A DNA stretch of 64,000 nt, from the NCBI GenBank assembly GCA_963693365.1, contig CAVNZM010000009.1, forward strand, positions 6,912,171 through 6,976,170, in the 5' to 3' direction. The position numbers were made by a program, and so were the translations under genes. Positions within the stretch are counted from its first letter, which is position 1, and each line of letters starts with the position of its first letter. The DNA comes from Amoebidium appalachense. Taxonomy: Eukaryota; Protista; Ichthyosporea. Below, piece by piece: positions 1 to 13,517 of the stretch. A model generated the notes under the pieces. The model was not told the DNA's origin, searched no databases, and saw only the letters and a list, made by a program, of their open reading frames with translations.

Positions 1-802
1 TTCGTGTCTGCTCTTCTTCTTTGTGCTCTCCCCCTTCTCTCCCTTTTGCTCTTTTCTCTCTCTCTCTCTCTCCCCCCCCCCCCCCCCGTATCTCTCTCTC
101 CCTTATTTCTGTGTGCACGGATATCTGTAGATCTGTGCACACCTGGCTCCCTTGCCTGATAGGACTTATTGCATTTTATATGTGTTTGCTCTCCTTTGTT
201 TTTCTGAGAGTAGTGTGATTGGCTAGCTATATTCGATGTCTTTGTTTTAGTTCAAAGTAGGATGACTCCCCAATAGACGCAAGTGAGTACATCTATAGAT
301 CATTATGTGCATTCCTGTCTATTAATATACGTGTTATGATTGGACACATTAGATATGTTTGGAATTCGTTTTTATCGTGATGTGTCTTCACTTTGAGAGT
401 GTCGACTATTAGGAAGTATATGTATTTAGATGAGTTTCTTTATAGAGACGAATCTAAATATATATGTGTATTAATAGTGACAAGTTGTATAATTTACTTA
501 AGTTATTTAAGTAAGAGTTTCTAAGCTTCAGTTGTGTCGGAAGTTGGAATGTGTATGCTCTGTTGGAATGTATTTTTCTATCATCAGAAGGAACCGGTTG
601 GTTCTCTTCTTTTAGTTGAGATAAGATGATAAATGGCCAGTACAAAAAGGCCCGAGAGCACAATAAAAGTTAGTTGTTGTTGAAATCTTTCAAGTGTCGT
701 GAACAGCTCCGATTGCCCTCTCTTTATTGTGTTGGTCGTTTTTTACATGACACGTCTGTGCACTCAGTGCACTCTGCTCCCTTAGACCCGTACAAAACAA
801 CA
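1..802 (+). mobile_element. LTR of Copia-like family A (5' end lies just outside the window)
   Basis: Aligns by eye, in inverted orientation, with 33521-34385. Ends ...GTACAAAACAACA (CA terminus) followed by GGTTAAGG. The other copy shows a TGTTGG start preceded by a polypurine tract. Confidence 0.75.
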
Positions 803-924
803 GGTTAAGGTTCTCGAGTCGTAAACAACTCCGATTGCCCTCTCTTTATTTGTCTTTATTTATTTGTTTGTCGTGGTTACTGACACCTCTGTGCACTCTG
901 TTTCCCGTATTACATGTGCAAAAC

Positions 925-1187
<263 letters not shown>

Positions 1188-1290
1188 GTTACTGGATTGA
1201 CTGTTTGAGAAGAGCTCACCCCAAATAAGTTGAGCACAGTTGCACACCAAATGACAAGGCTTTGGGGGAGGGGGGAGAGGAGGGAGGGGG

Positions 1291-1372
<82 letters not shown>

Positions 1373-2271
1373 GGGAGGGAGGGGGGATGGAGGGGCGGAT
1401 TTCGAAGGGGGGGGAGGGGGGGGACTTTATAATGGGGACATAACATACCGTTTGTGTACTGGGCACGTTCATGCACATGTGCGCTTGGTTAGAGAAGCGG
1501 ATGGTTGGAAGGCAGTGTGTCGATACAAGTGGTTGGAAGACAGTGTGTAAATACACAAGCAGGCACAGGCTTGCAAGAGGACAACATGTGGATGTGCAGG
1601 TGAATGTACATGTAGTGCGTCTCACGAAACTACAATATTTTTTTTTCCCAGTTTGAATGGCGAAGTAAAGGTATCTCTCAGCATGGTTCTGCTCTTTATT
1701 TTTTATGTGCTGGTTAACCACCACAGGGTTATAACCATGCCCAGCTGCAGCTGGTTGGGCAATACTTTCAATTACTCTACCTCAAGTTGATCTGTAACGT
1801 TGCAGCCTGAAAGAACTCAACTGCTGCATGTGTGATACTAGCAGTTGTCAAACTGCCATCTGGTCATGACCAATTTCTCATGTAAGCTCATGTACGACTG
1901 ATAAACATCTAAATCTAAGGTGGTCGCCAATTTGTTATTGTATATATAGGAATCGTTGGAGTATCTGTATTCAGTATTAGCAGCCGTTAGCGTATGACTA
2001 AATGGCAAACTCACCCACCACGGGTAAGCTCCCTCTATACAATTCTCACCAGCTTATCTCCCCCGAGAACACTACTGAAACGCTGATTCTAAAACGTTCT
2101 TCTAGTTCGAACATCATTGTTCTTTTTGAAAGCTACACAGTTTGGCAAAAACTCGGACCCTGCATGCTCTGTCATATTGGTGTCACTATTAATTAGTCAT
2201 TTTTCAGAATGCATTCACAACTTGGATAACATATCCACCATGCTGGTATTGACTTAGTTTCACTGATACTC

Positions 2272-2829
2272 TACTGAACTATTGCAGATATTGAGTTGAT
2301 ACCCGCAACCAATTTCTTGCACGCGCTGTAGTGGGTGCTTCTTCTGCTTCACCGTGTCGTACGACACGTACTTGCATTTGGCTACCGACCGGCACTTTTC
2401 GGGCTTGGGAATGCCTAAAACAATAATTCAGGTGCATGCCTGTGCCAGAGAGCGTTATGCATATGGCTGTTACTGCATAGCTGCGGCCCAAAGAGGGGAC
2501 AGAGGCCGACATACCTGGAAGTGAATAGACCTGGGTTCGACCGCTTGCAGACATGTCCAAGCAGTGGTTCGTAAGCAGACAAGTCTTGCTGAGGTTGTTG
2601 TACATCACGAACTGGCATTGGGGGTACCGAGCGCATTGCGAGATGCGTGCTGATGGACAGGCGGGTACAAAAGCAGACGTGTTCCAGTTTCCGTATGAAC
2701 CTATGGCCTTGCATGCAAAACCCTCCCGAAGCGTCATTAACGGATCCGAGGTACCTGTGGATATGTGAACAAAGGAGTGGAAGGAGGGGAAGAAAGTGGG
2801 GTAAGGAAGGAGGGAGGGAGCGAGGGGAA

Positions 2830-2885
<56 letters not shown>

Positions 2886-3288
2886 AGGGAGGGGAAAGGA
2901 AGGGGGGGGGGGGGGGGGGGGGGGGGAGGGGGGAGGGGAGAGGAGGGGCGGCGTTTTGAATGGGAAGAAACACATGGAATTAGGGAAATTATGTGTATTC
3001 CCAGGTTCATTGAAATGCAAAAACGAGGGCTTCTGTGACGTGTCGTAGTATATCTCTGGAATGTAACACACCTCTGATAAACCCCCATAATCTCGTGCGG
3101 AATGACGGCATAACACCTTCATAATTTGCAAGTAGCAAGCCAATACTCTCCTCTTTGTTTTCTACTAATTATTTTAGGGCGTAGCACTCCGTGGGGAGGC
3201 AATATTTCAAACACAACCAAAAACTCGTCCAGAAAATCAAATTCTTCGCTTGCAACCCCAAGTTCGCAGCGCAGCATGAAGCAGGCAT
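2272..3288 (-). pseudogene. Decayed secreted PAN/apple-domain protein
   Basis: AG/GT-bounded exon 2754-2515 encodes FACKAIG...QCARYPQCQFVMYNNLSKTCLLTNHC, a PAN-like Cys spacing. The next exon (from 2414) has a second partial repeat, KCRSVAKCKYVSYD, that then frameshifts. The signal-peptide-like start (ATG 3288) runs into an in-frame TAA. Confidence 0.5.
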
Positions 3289-3461
3289 TAGAAACAAAAC
3301 TTCGTGTTCTTGGTGTCTGCGTGACCGTTAGGTTGTCAACAACGGCGGTGTGTAGTTTGTTTTTTGAGTTTTGTATATTTACTACCAATTATAGGGATCG
3401 CGCGCAACTAGGTCATTCGAGCCACAAAAGTGGCTCAGATCGCCGGTCGGCTTATCAGGGA

Positions 3462-3775
<314 letters not shown>

Positions 3776-4383
3776 CCCCCCCCCCCCCCCATACAGACAC
3801 TCTCTCTCTCTCACTCTCTTTCTCTCTCTCTCTCTCTCCCTCTCCCCCTCTCCCTCTCTCCCTCCCCGGCCTTAGCTAGGCCTCTCCCCTCGACCCTTTC
3901 TCTCTCAGATCTAGACTAGATCTAGAGCTCTCTCCCCCTCTCTCTCCCTCCCTCTCCCCTCTCTCCCCAGTCTCCCCCTCTCTCTCTCCCTTCCTCTCTC
4001 ACCCTCTCCCCCGGTCTCTCTCCCTCTCTCTCCCCCTCTTCTCTCTCGCTCTCTCGTTCTCTCTACGTATACGACCTCTTTCTCTTCGAGCTCTCGCTCC
4101 CTTGCTCGCGAAACGCTCGCTCTCTAACTTCCCCCTCCCTGTTCCTCCTCCTCCTCTCTGTCTTTTTTTTTTGGCAAGTGTGTTTGTGTTTTTTGCCAAG
4201 TGTATTTGTGTTTGGAGAGGGGGGGGGGGGGGGGAGAGAGGGAGGGGGGGAGAGGGGGGGGGGGGGGGGGGGGGGGGGGGGCGCTGTGAGGATCAGTGAT
4301 GTCACAAGATCAAGATCTCGATCTATTTTTAGATTCGGAACAACCCCAGAGTAATGCTTCGGAATTCAGAAAACAAACCTCTG

Positions 4384-4503
4384 ATTGGCTAGGAATATTA
4401 CCCGAACATATCTGTTTTCATTGGTGGTTAAAACCCAATCAAAATTGATAAGCCTCAGCAACCAATCACAGGCATCTTAAAGTTGGGACTGCGCAAATAT
4501 AAA
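4384..4503 (+). promoter_or_regulatory. Four CCAAT boxes plus TATAAA upstream of the esterase gene
   Basis: ATTGG 4384 and 4420, CCAAT 4435 and 4462, TATAAA 4498-4503, about 190 nt upstream of ATG 4693. Confidence 0.5.
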
Positions 4504-4692
4504 GCTCAAGAGGCGGTCACCAAACATGCGATCGCAAAGCCCAACACGGTGACACAGCTGCCCATTACTCAAAGTAACTTTTGTGCACTTTTTCTCCATC
4601 GAAATTTACACAAAACACCAAGGTGAAAAACTACAACTACAACCGAATTTGCGGCCATCAGTAATCAGCAAATATTGACACACATATCAAAA

Positions 4693-6067
4693 ATGCCGTC
4701 TTTCATTTTTTTACATGTAGCCACCGTCGGGGTTCTCTCCCTCTTCCGGCCCACACCCACCACAGCTGTTTCTATTCCGTTCATATCAACCACTAAGCTG
4801 CTTGGCGAGCTAAACCAGATGGACGCTACGCCCTATCTCCCGCATTGCTACTATAGCAACGACACTTCAAACTGCGCACTCGATACACTGTCCGGTGATA
4901 ACATAGCCGTTTTCCCTGGTGGTGATACCGAGTGCATCAACGGGAGCGAACCCTACCGTTTCCAGGTTTACCCCCGGACCGACGGAAAATCTTCTCATTT
5001 ATTTTCAGGGGGGAGGAGCTTGCTGGTCGAGCACAACAAATGCTCTTGGTGCGTGCTACGGTAAAGAAGTAACGGCTTTGACCCAACCGGTTCTCTCAAA
5101 CGCCTCTGGAATTTTTGACAAAACGAATCCCAAAAACCCGTATGCGAACTACACTATCGTTGCTGTGAGCTACTGTTCAGGTGACATGCACTCGGGGAAT
5201 GTTACACGCACGTACAGAAACATAAAGAATGGAGGGGCAGACCAGATTATCCGTCAGACCGGTATCTCAAACACACTATCTGTGCTTGAGTGGGTGCAGA
5301 GGAATGTGCCCAACCCAGACCGATTGGTGGTGATGGGATGCTCGGCTGGCTCGTTGGCGGCACAAATGTGGGGCGGCTACATCATCGACACATACAGAGA
5401 GGCCAATCCAAACATGGCAGCTGCCGTGGTTGCAGACAGCTATGCGGGCATCTTCCCTCGCACACAAGCAAAACTCATCGCTGGCTTCAACATTCAAGAG
5501 GCCCCGTTTCTCTCTTCTGCACCCGCGGAATTTCATTCACGCCTCGCCTCTGGTAAAATGTTTTGGTGCGAGCTTATCGACTACTTACACTCTGCACACG
5601 ATAACATAGACTACGCATCCATCCAATCAAAAGCGGACAAGGTTCAGAGACTATTCTACGACGCCCTGATGCTTTCTCTTGGGCCAAGCACGAACATTTT
5701 CGAAGGACTGGTTTCTGTTCCCGCGTGTGCTAAGAGCACCTCCCCCACAACCTTTCCTATGGGTGCTCAGACTTTCTACAAGTCTACCGTTGGTCTCTAC
5801 GACACATATCTGACAACGAATACCCCAAATACCTTCACACCATATTTGGTAAATAGCAACCAACACTGCTACACGTGCTTTAAGTTGTTCTACAACACTA
5901 CGATTGTGACGGGGACCAATCAAACGGTGGCTCTTTCTGATTGGCTGTGGCAGTTTCCGCTGGATTCTGCGAACTCGATTGCACGTGGTGCGTGCGGCAC
6001 AAACTCAAGTTCTGAATATGGTAACCTTGGTTGTCCTCTAAGTATGAACACAACAGTAGTTGAATAA
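4693..6067 (+). CDS. Secreted pectinacetylesterase/Notum-family alpha/beta hydrolase, intronless, +1 frameshift in a C5 run at about 4971-4975
   Basis: Signal peptide and family motifs CINGSEPYRFQVY|PG...LLIYFQGGGACW, GIFD...NPY, YCSGDMHSGN, nucleophile GCSAGS, ADSYAG. Removing one C joins ORFs 4675-5064 and 4919-6067. Confidence 0.85.
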
Positions 6068-6297
6068 TAACAGATTCTATGACTATGGCAGAACTTGTAA
6101 ATAGGCAAGCCGGATGTATACATGTACATGTACTAATTTGTAAAGTAACTAGGTCCTTATATATAATTATGTGAACGGTTAGTACACTACATCCATCCTA
6201 ATTAGCTTTTTGGTATGTGTGTTGGAATGTACCATACATAGCTGGGAAATAAATGTTGCACCGTGAAATTGAGTGTGACTTGCCTCGACCCCACCCA

Positions 6298-6337
<40 letters not shown>

Positions 6338-6373
6338 TTCACCCACCACCACCATCACCATCCCCCACTAAAC

Positions 6374-6413
<40 letters not shown>

Positions 6414-7388
6414 AATAAATAAATAAATAAATAAATAAAATAGAAATGAAAAGCGAAACGAAAAAACGAAAAACATAATCCCCCGAGTCCTCCCCAGTAC
6501 TCTCCCGATCGTTTTTTTCTCGATTCAACTTGGCCGCCATCAGAGTCATGCTGCACTTAATAACTTAAAGTTTGATGATGGCCGCTTATTGGTCGTTGTT
6601 ATCATTTTTCCTCTCCGGCTTTTCTATATCCCAGTGGTGCCAAATATAATTCATCCCACCCAGCCCAGCCTTTTCTTTCATTTGCCGACGTGCCTTCTGC
6701 TTACAACCACTAATTTCTATTTCATCCCCTCCCAACCCCCCTCCCCCTCCGGGCCCCCGCCCGCCTTTCTCTTCCCCTCCCCCCTCCCCCCCCCCAAACC
6801 TCCCCCCGGCTCTGAGTATAATGGGGAAGCATGCCGTGTGCCCGAACCCCCCCACCCCCCCCCACCCCCCCCATTCCCCTCCCCCCCCCCCCCCCCCCCC
6901 CCCCCACCTCCACCCCTACCCCCCATCCCCGGGCTTCCTCTTGTGCCCGTGCACGTGGCCACCATTCTAACATATGCTCTAATATTCAGGAAACTGGTAA
7001 GATTAATGTCGGGAAAAAAATCAAGTGACGACTTAGAAAAATAAAAATAAAAAAGCACGTGATGGTTTAGCATGTAGTCAATAAGTAATATAAGAACTAT
7101 GTGGATAAACCATTCTCCTAACTGCTTTTGGAAAGTATGAGATAACAAAGTAACAGAGGTTGAAAATGGAAACAAGTTAAATAAAAAACTGTGTGGTGTA
7201 CACTGTGAAGAGTCAGCATAGAATATACACAGTCCGATAAACCAAGTGGAAATAACCCCCCCCCAAAAAAATACGATTAGATAGAAGAAAGAAAGAAAGA
7301 AAGAACTTAAGGGAGGAAGGGAGGACGAAAGGAAGGAAGGAACGAAAGAAGCAAGGGAACAAAGGAAAGAGAGACCCCCCGCCCCCAG

Positions 7389-7433
<45 letters not shown>

Positions 7434-7474
7434 CACAACACCCCCACAAAAAGAAGGGGATGGGGGGATGGGGT

Positions 7475-7508
<34 letters not shown>

Positions 7509-7589
7509 TGGCGGGGAGGATTGGAGGGACGGAAGGAAGGAAAAAGAATTAAAGAAAGGAGAAAAAAAGAAACCCCGAAACCGCGACCC

Positions 7590-8706
7590 TTAATACACCA
7601 TGTGGGAAGCCCAATACCGAAGTATCAACCAGCAAAGGAAAGCTCCAACATTCAACAGCATCCCAACCCAACACCGGTCCCCGCATTCCGAGTTTTCAGT
7701 CTTTTCCGCAAACGCAATCACCCCAAACACCAAATTTGCGCCGAGATAAACCCCCACCAACCACATCAACCACCGGCACACGTCCACTCGGCGCATGTAC
7801 CATTTGTCCCATTCCATCTGTTCCTCTCTTCGTTTTTTCTGTCTCCTCATCACCCGTTTTGACTGTTTGCGCATTTTCCGGTATTTTTGCCATTTTCGCA
7901 TGAAATCGGATGTGGGGTGCGGCAGTTTCAGGTCGATGCCGAATGTCAGTTCCGGGATTTCGAGATTGGAATAAATCCGTACCTGCCGGCCAACAACAAA
8001 AGGCGGTCGCTGTGTGCGTGTGCGTGTGCGTGTGCGTGTGCGTGTGCGTGTGCGTGTGCGTGTGCGTGTGCGTGTGCGTGTGCGTGTGCGTGTGCGTGTG
8101 CGCGTGCGCGTGCGCGTGCGCGTGCGCGTGCGCGTGCGCGTGCGCGTGCGCGTGCGTGTGCGCGTGCGTGTGCGTGTGCGTGTGCGTGTGCGTGTGCGTG
8201 TGCGTGTGCGTGTGCGTGTGCGTGTGCGTGTGCGTGTGCGTGTGCGTGTGCGTGTGCGTGTGCGTGTGCGTGTGCGTGTGCGTGTGCGTGTGCGTGTGCG
8301 TGTGCGTGTGCGTGTGCGTGTGCGTGTGCGCGTGCGCGTGCGCGTGCGCGTGCGCGTGCGCGTGCGCGTGCGCGTGCGCGTGCGCGTGCGCGTGCGCGTG
8401 CGCGTGCGCGTGCGCGTGCGCGTGCGTGTGCGTGTGCGTGTGCGTGTGCGTGTGCGTGTGCGTGTGCGTGTGCGTGTGCGTGTGCGTGTGCGTGTGCGTG
8501 TGCGTGTGCGTGTGCGTGTGCATGTGCGTGTGCATGTGTGTGCGCGTGTTTTGTAAGGAGGGAGGGGGGAAAAGGGAGAGTCACGTGGGGGGAAAGGGGA
8601 GGGGGGGGGGGGGGGGGGGGGGATGACAGGTGTCGCGTGTTTTGCATGATAGAATTCGCCCATGATGGTACAAGCGGTCCATAGATGTCTACGCATGTGC
8701 ACGTGC

Positions 8707-8770
<64 letters not shown>

Positions 8771-9009
8771 TTCGTGTTTGTGTCTCTCACCATCTCCATG
8801 TATCTGTGCACGGGTGTATGGTTGTTACAGAGCGTGTGTGCTTTGGTTTCTTCTTGCGTACAGTGGGGGGGGGAGGGGGGGGGGGGGGGGGGGAAGAAAA
8901 AGGAGGGGGAGGGAGAGGGAGGGAGGGGGAGTGGGGGGGAAAAGGGAGGGGGAGGGGAGTGCTAAGGTCGGAAACAGAAGATGTGTGGGCGTACGGATTG
9001 TGTGTGTGT

Positions 9010-9055
<46 letters not shown>

Positions 9056-9629
9056 TGTGCACGTATATCATTATCGAATGTGTTATGTGCAAGAGTGCCA
9101 TTTGTGTGTGTGTGTGTATGCATTGTACATGTGTGTGTCACTCCTGCTGGCTGTGTCTTGTTGGTGGATTTATGAAGAAGCACATGCGCTTGCGCGTTAT
9201 TCATGCGTGAAGGTAATTGCCCTCTGTTGAGGTGCGCCTGCCAGCACGTACATGCACAAAACAAAAAACCGTGCATGTGTTGATTTATGTGTGTGTGTTG
9301 ATGCGTGTGTGTGTGTACTGATGCATATTTTCTATGTTGGTTTGTGCATGTGTGTGTTGAATCATTATGCTTGTGTACGTGTTTGTGCATGTGTGTGTGT
9401 ATGCATGTGTATGTGCTTGCATGTGTGTGTATATTTATGCTGTGTGACTTATGCACAAATTGGTGCGCTTGGGTGTGTGTTATAAATTAATGCTGATCCA
9501 TTCGGAAACAGGAAAAGGGCAAGACAGGTGGTTATGGGGTTGCTTCAACACGGTGTGTGTCCTAGGGGCCGGGTTGCACGTGTGTGTTTCCGGGGAGAAG
9601 GGGGGAGGGGGGTCGCGGTTTTTTTTTTT

Positions 9630-9661
<32 letters not shown>

Positions 9662-9692
9662 GGGGGGGGGGGAGAAGGGGGGGGGGGGGGTC

Positions 9693-9726
<34 letters not shown>

Positions 9727-9900
9727 GGGGGGGGGGGGGGGCTTAGAGGTGCCATGGGGTTTTTAAAGACATCTGGCCATTCGATATACCAGCGAGCACT
9801 CTCCTGTGAAGGTTGGGGCTTGAATGAGTGGAACGATCGTATGCACACATGCGACAGTGTGCAACACAACACCCCCCACCCCAAACTTTTTGCCCATGGG

Positions 9901-9980
<80 letters not shown>

Positions 9981-10702
9981 GAATACGGTCAATGGCATGC
10001 AGTCAAACACACCTGGACAAAAAAGGGGGGAGGGGATTGGGCGGAGGGGAGGGGGGGAGGGGGAAGGGAGGGGGGGAGGGACCACCAGTTCTACATAATA
10101 ATACAAGTTACATTCCAAAGTGACGAACCATATCCCATCTCTACCCTACTATCATCAAGTCACGTTAGAATTAGTGCGACAACTTGATCATCGACGGACG
10201 GGGGAAGAGAGAGTGTGTGCGTGCTAGGGATGGAGGGGGAGAACGGAAAGGAGGGAGGGAGGTAAGGAGGGAGGGTGAGTGGGTCGGTGGGTCGGTGGGT
10301 GGGTCGGTGGGTGGGTCGGTGGGTGGGTGGGGAGGATGGAAGAATGGAGGGAGGGGTGAAGGGAGGGAGGGAAAGAGGGAGGGATGGAGGGAGGAAGGAA
10401 GAGAGGGAGGGAGGGAGGGAGGGAGGAAGAGAGGGAGAGACGGAGGGCGGGAGGGGGGATGGTATAAGAAAGGGGAAGGGTGGGAGAGACCCTCAGGCAA
10501 GAGAAAAGGGGGGATGGAGGGGGGAGAAAGAGAGGGGGACGTGAGAGGGAGGAAGGGAGGGAGGGAGGATGAGAGGGAAGGAGAGAGATAGATAGATATA
10601 TGGGGAAAAAGAAAAGAACGCTGAGAGGGAAAAAAAAAACTTGAAAAGAGTGTCCGGAACAGATACCCCACTCCATCCCCCCTCCCCCTCCCCCCACCCC
10701 CA

Positions 10703-10733
<31 letters not shown>

Positions 10734-11465
10734 AAAAAAAAAAAAGAAAAAGAAATTCTACACGGGGTCCACCTACACCAGGTGGAAGTTCATCCGCATC
10801 CATAGTCGTCAATCTGACCCTCACATACGTGTGTGGTGGGCCCACAATGCCCATACTCCCGAGGTTTATCTCGTCCACCGCTACCTCCAGCGCAACATAG
10901 CCAATGTCGATTGTTCTGTTTGTGTCGTTGCGGATTCGGAGGTATGGGTTCGGTTGCGGAGAAACTCATAGTGTCTGCAGGGGGAAATAAATCAGTTATG
11001 TATACGTACGAAACAGAAAGAAGGTGCTTGGTTACCTTCCAAAAAAAGAGAGAGAGGGAAGAAAAAAGGACACCACCAAAGACATTAGTCTTCATCCCCT
11101 CCCCCCTCCCCCCCCTCCTCCCCCCCCCCCCCCCCCCCCCCCCCCTTTCTCCTTCTCCTCCCCTCCCTCCTAAATCCTCTCCCTCCCTCCCCCCTCCCCT
11201 TCTTCTACACAACACCATGCGTCACACATACATACACACCACAAATGTGGTACACGTGCAATCACACGGCACACACGGGGACAGCATAATATTTCTCTTT
11301 CGCGCATACTATATAATATCGATGTGATTGAAATTTCTTAACGTGATCATGTTATATGCGCTTGTGAAACTATATCTCCGGAAACATCTTTCACGAGGAT
11401 TTCTGTGCTACGTATTTTTATCGTTTGGGCAATTGTTGTGTGTATTTAAGCGCAAACGTATGATC
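7590..11465 (-). pseudogene. Multi-exon gene of unknown function with two C-terminal TM helices; upstream exons carry stops/frameshifts
   Basis: Clean terminal exon 7982-7590 after a CAG acceptor (basic helix, then two hydrophobic segments). Exon-like islands near 8690, 9235, 9840, 10180, 10975 and 11465 do not join without lesions. Confidence 0.4.
8011..8547. repeat. Alternating purine-pyrimidine hexamer array (GTGTGC)n with two (GCGTGC)n blocks
   Basis: Directly visible, about 530 bp. Confidence 0.97.
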
Positions 11466-11579
11466 TGAGGCCGGACATTGAAAGAGATTTTGCAAGCCCA
11501 AAAGCAAAAAGAAGGGGAAAGGAAAAGAATCGGAGGAGGTAAGGAGAGGGGGGGGGGGGGGGGGTGAAGGGGGGGAGAA

Positions 11580-11624
<45 letters not shown>

Positions 11625-11641
11625 GGCTAAGTATGAGTGTT

Positions 11642-11852
11642 GGTTTCAGTCACAGGCAAAAGTGGCGAGGGAAGAAGATATATATCGCTTGCCGTTTTGC
11701 CACCAGTGAAAAGCTCGGAGGCCACTGCCAGACGTCAGAGGGATGTGGACAACTGTGCAGCGAATGAACAGTGTGTATTTGAACGCAGAGTGACCCGAGA
11801 AACAGTTATACGAATTGGACTGATAATACCGTCTCTGCCTGTGACTGAAACC
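11642..11852. mobile_element. MITE-like element with 17-bp perfect inverted ends
   Basis: GGTTTCAGTCACAGGCA (11642-11658) and TGCCTGTGACTGAAACC (11836-11852). No TSD seen. Confidence 0.45.
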
Positions 11853-12391
11853 GCATGTACAACAAGACAGTAAATAATTGAAATTGCTGTACGTAGTACT
11901 CCCTTCTACGATATTACAATAAGACGTTCTACGGCTAATCCAGGCCTGGCCCTCGTTTCTTTTGACTGAATTTATTTAACCGATAGGGATGTAAGTCACG
12001 GCATACTTAGGAGGCAATGAAGAGAAAAACAAAACCTTTGCTCTTGTTTTTTCTGTGTAATTTCTGGTGACTGAGTTTCCACTTTCTCCCCTAACAACCT
12101 CGTTCACATCTGTAACGTGTCTTTGGTCATACACTAGATGTCAAGACCGTACCGTACACGAGACATTTTTTTTTTTTTTTTCCCGGTGGCCCCGGGATCG
12201 TGGGAAACACGCGTTAGTTTAAGTTGCTAACCCCAGCTACCGTGATCATACATGCGCGCTACATGGTGCTGAGCCGTGACGTTCGTTCCTTACGATTCTC
12301 AAGTTTGTTGTTGAAGTGCCAAGTCGTCTGGGTTGTACAAGTCTATTCATTTGCATAGCATGAATGCTTTTTGTTGCAGGTTTAGTTTGAT

Positions 12392-12602
12392 GGGACCCAA
12401 CCACATCGGCTGAGTCAACTTGCTGCAAGCAGAATGAATATTCTGCAAGAGGCAGAATTATTCTGCTAAAAGCAGAATCATTCTGCAAAAGCAGAATCAC
12501 TCTGCTGAAAGCAGAATCACCTCTTGTTAAAATAATTTTTTTTTTGCAGAAAAATTTCACTCTTGCAGAATAATTCTGCTTTTAGCCGATGTGGTTGGGC
12601 CC
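12392..12602. mobile_element. MITE with about 21-bp TIRs and internal palindromic repeats
   Basis: GGACCCAACCACATCGGCTGA ... TTAGCCGATGTGGTTGGGCCC. The interior is built of GCAGAATNATTCTGC units. Confidence 0.7.
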
Positions 12603-13221
12603 TTTTTATAATGGCACCAAAACTGCTTAGTTTTCTGCAGTCGTTTGTGTTACACAATTCTTTCTTATTCGTATGAACTCGAAAGAAGGGCGGGTCCGGA
12701 GTGTGTGTGTGTGGGGGGGGGGGGGGGTAGGAGGGGGTGGGGGGGAGGGGGAAGGGGGGGGGGGGGGGGGGGGGGGGGGAGAAGGAAGGGGAGAGGGGAA
12801 GGGGGGGGGGGGGGGGGGGGAGGGAGAAGTGCCAGGGGAGAAGGGGTTTACCCGGGGCTGGGGGGGAGGGGGGGGGGGGGAGAAGGAAGGGTTGGAGAGA
12901 GGGGGGGGGGGGGGGGGGATGGGGTGCAAGGTTGGGAGGGGAAGGGGGAGGTTCAACTTTAATGCCCGCCACGTGCTTGTAATATTTGTAATCATAAACA
13001 GAGTTCGTGGTATACATGTGGGTGTACACGTGGCTCTGTGCGTCACGGTCGACAGGCACAAAGAAAGGGGTGTGTGGGCGTAGGTTGGAGGGGGCCGGGG
13101 GGGGGGGGGGGGAGGCTCAAGCATTGCTCGGATCCACGGAAATACTGAAGAGACAGATGGGAGCCCCATCATGGACGATAGCAACCCACATAACTAAAGG
13201 TAAAACCGTAATACTACTGGG

Positions 13222-13268
<47 letters not shown>

Positions 13269-13460
13269 CGGGATGTATGTGTTAAAGGGTTAGAAATATG
13301 GAGACACCAAAGGACAACCTTCAAAACATCACAAAAATGACAAACCCAAAATCAAACAATTTAGGCGTGCATGCGGAAGACACTAGTATTTGAACAGAGC
13401 CCACCATCAGGGGGACTCGGGGGGGGGGGGGGGGGGAGGGGGGGGGGGGGAGGGAGGGAG

Positions 13461-13517
<57 letters not shown>

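Noticed and set aside
12421-12582. Palindromic array as CRISPR or heat-shock elements
   Set aside because: There are no unique spacers or cas genes and the context is eukaryotic. GAA-NNN-TTC spacing does not match the HSE (GAA-NN-TTC).
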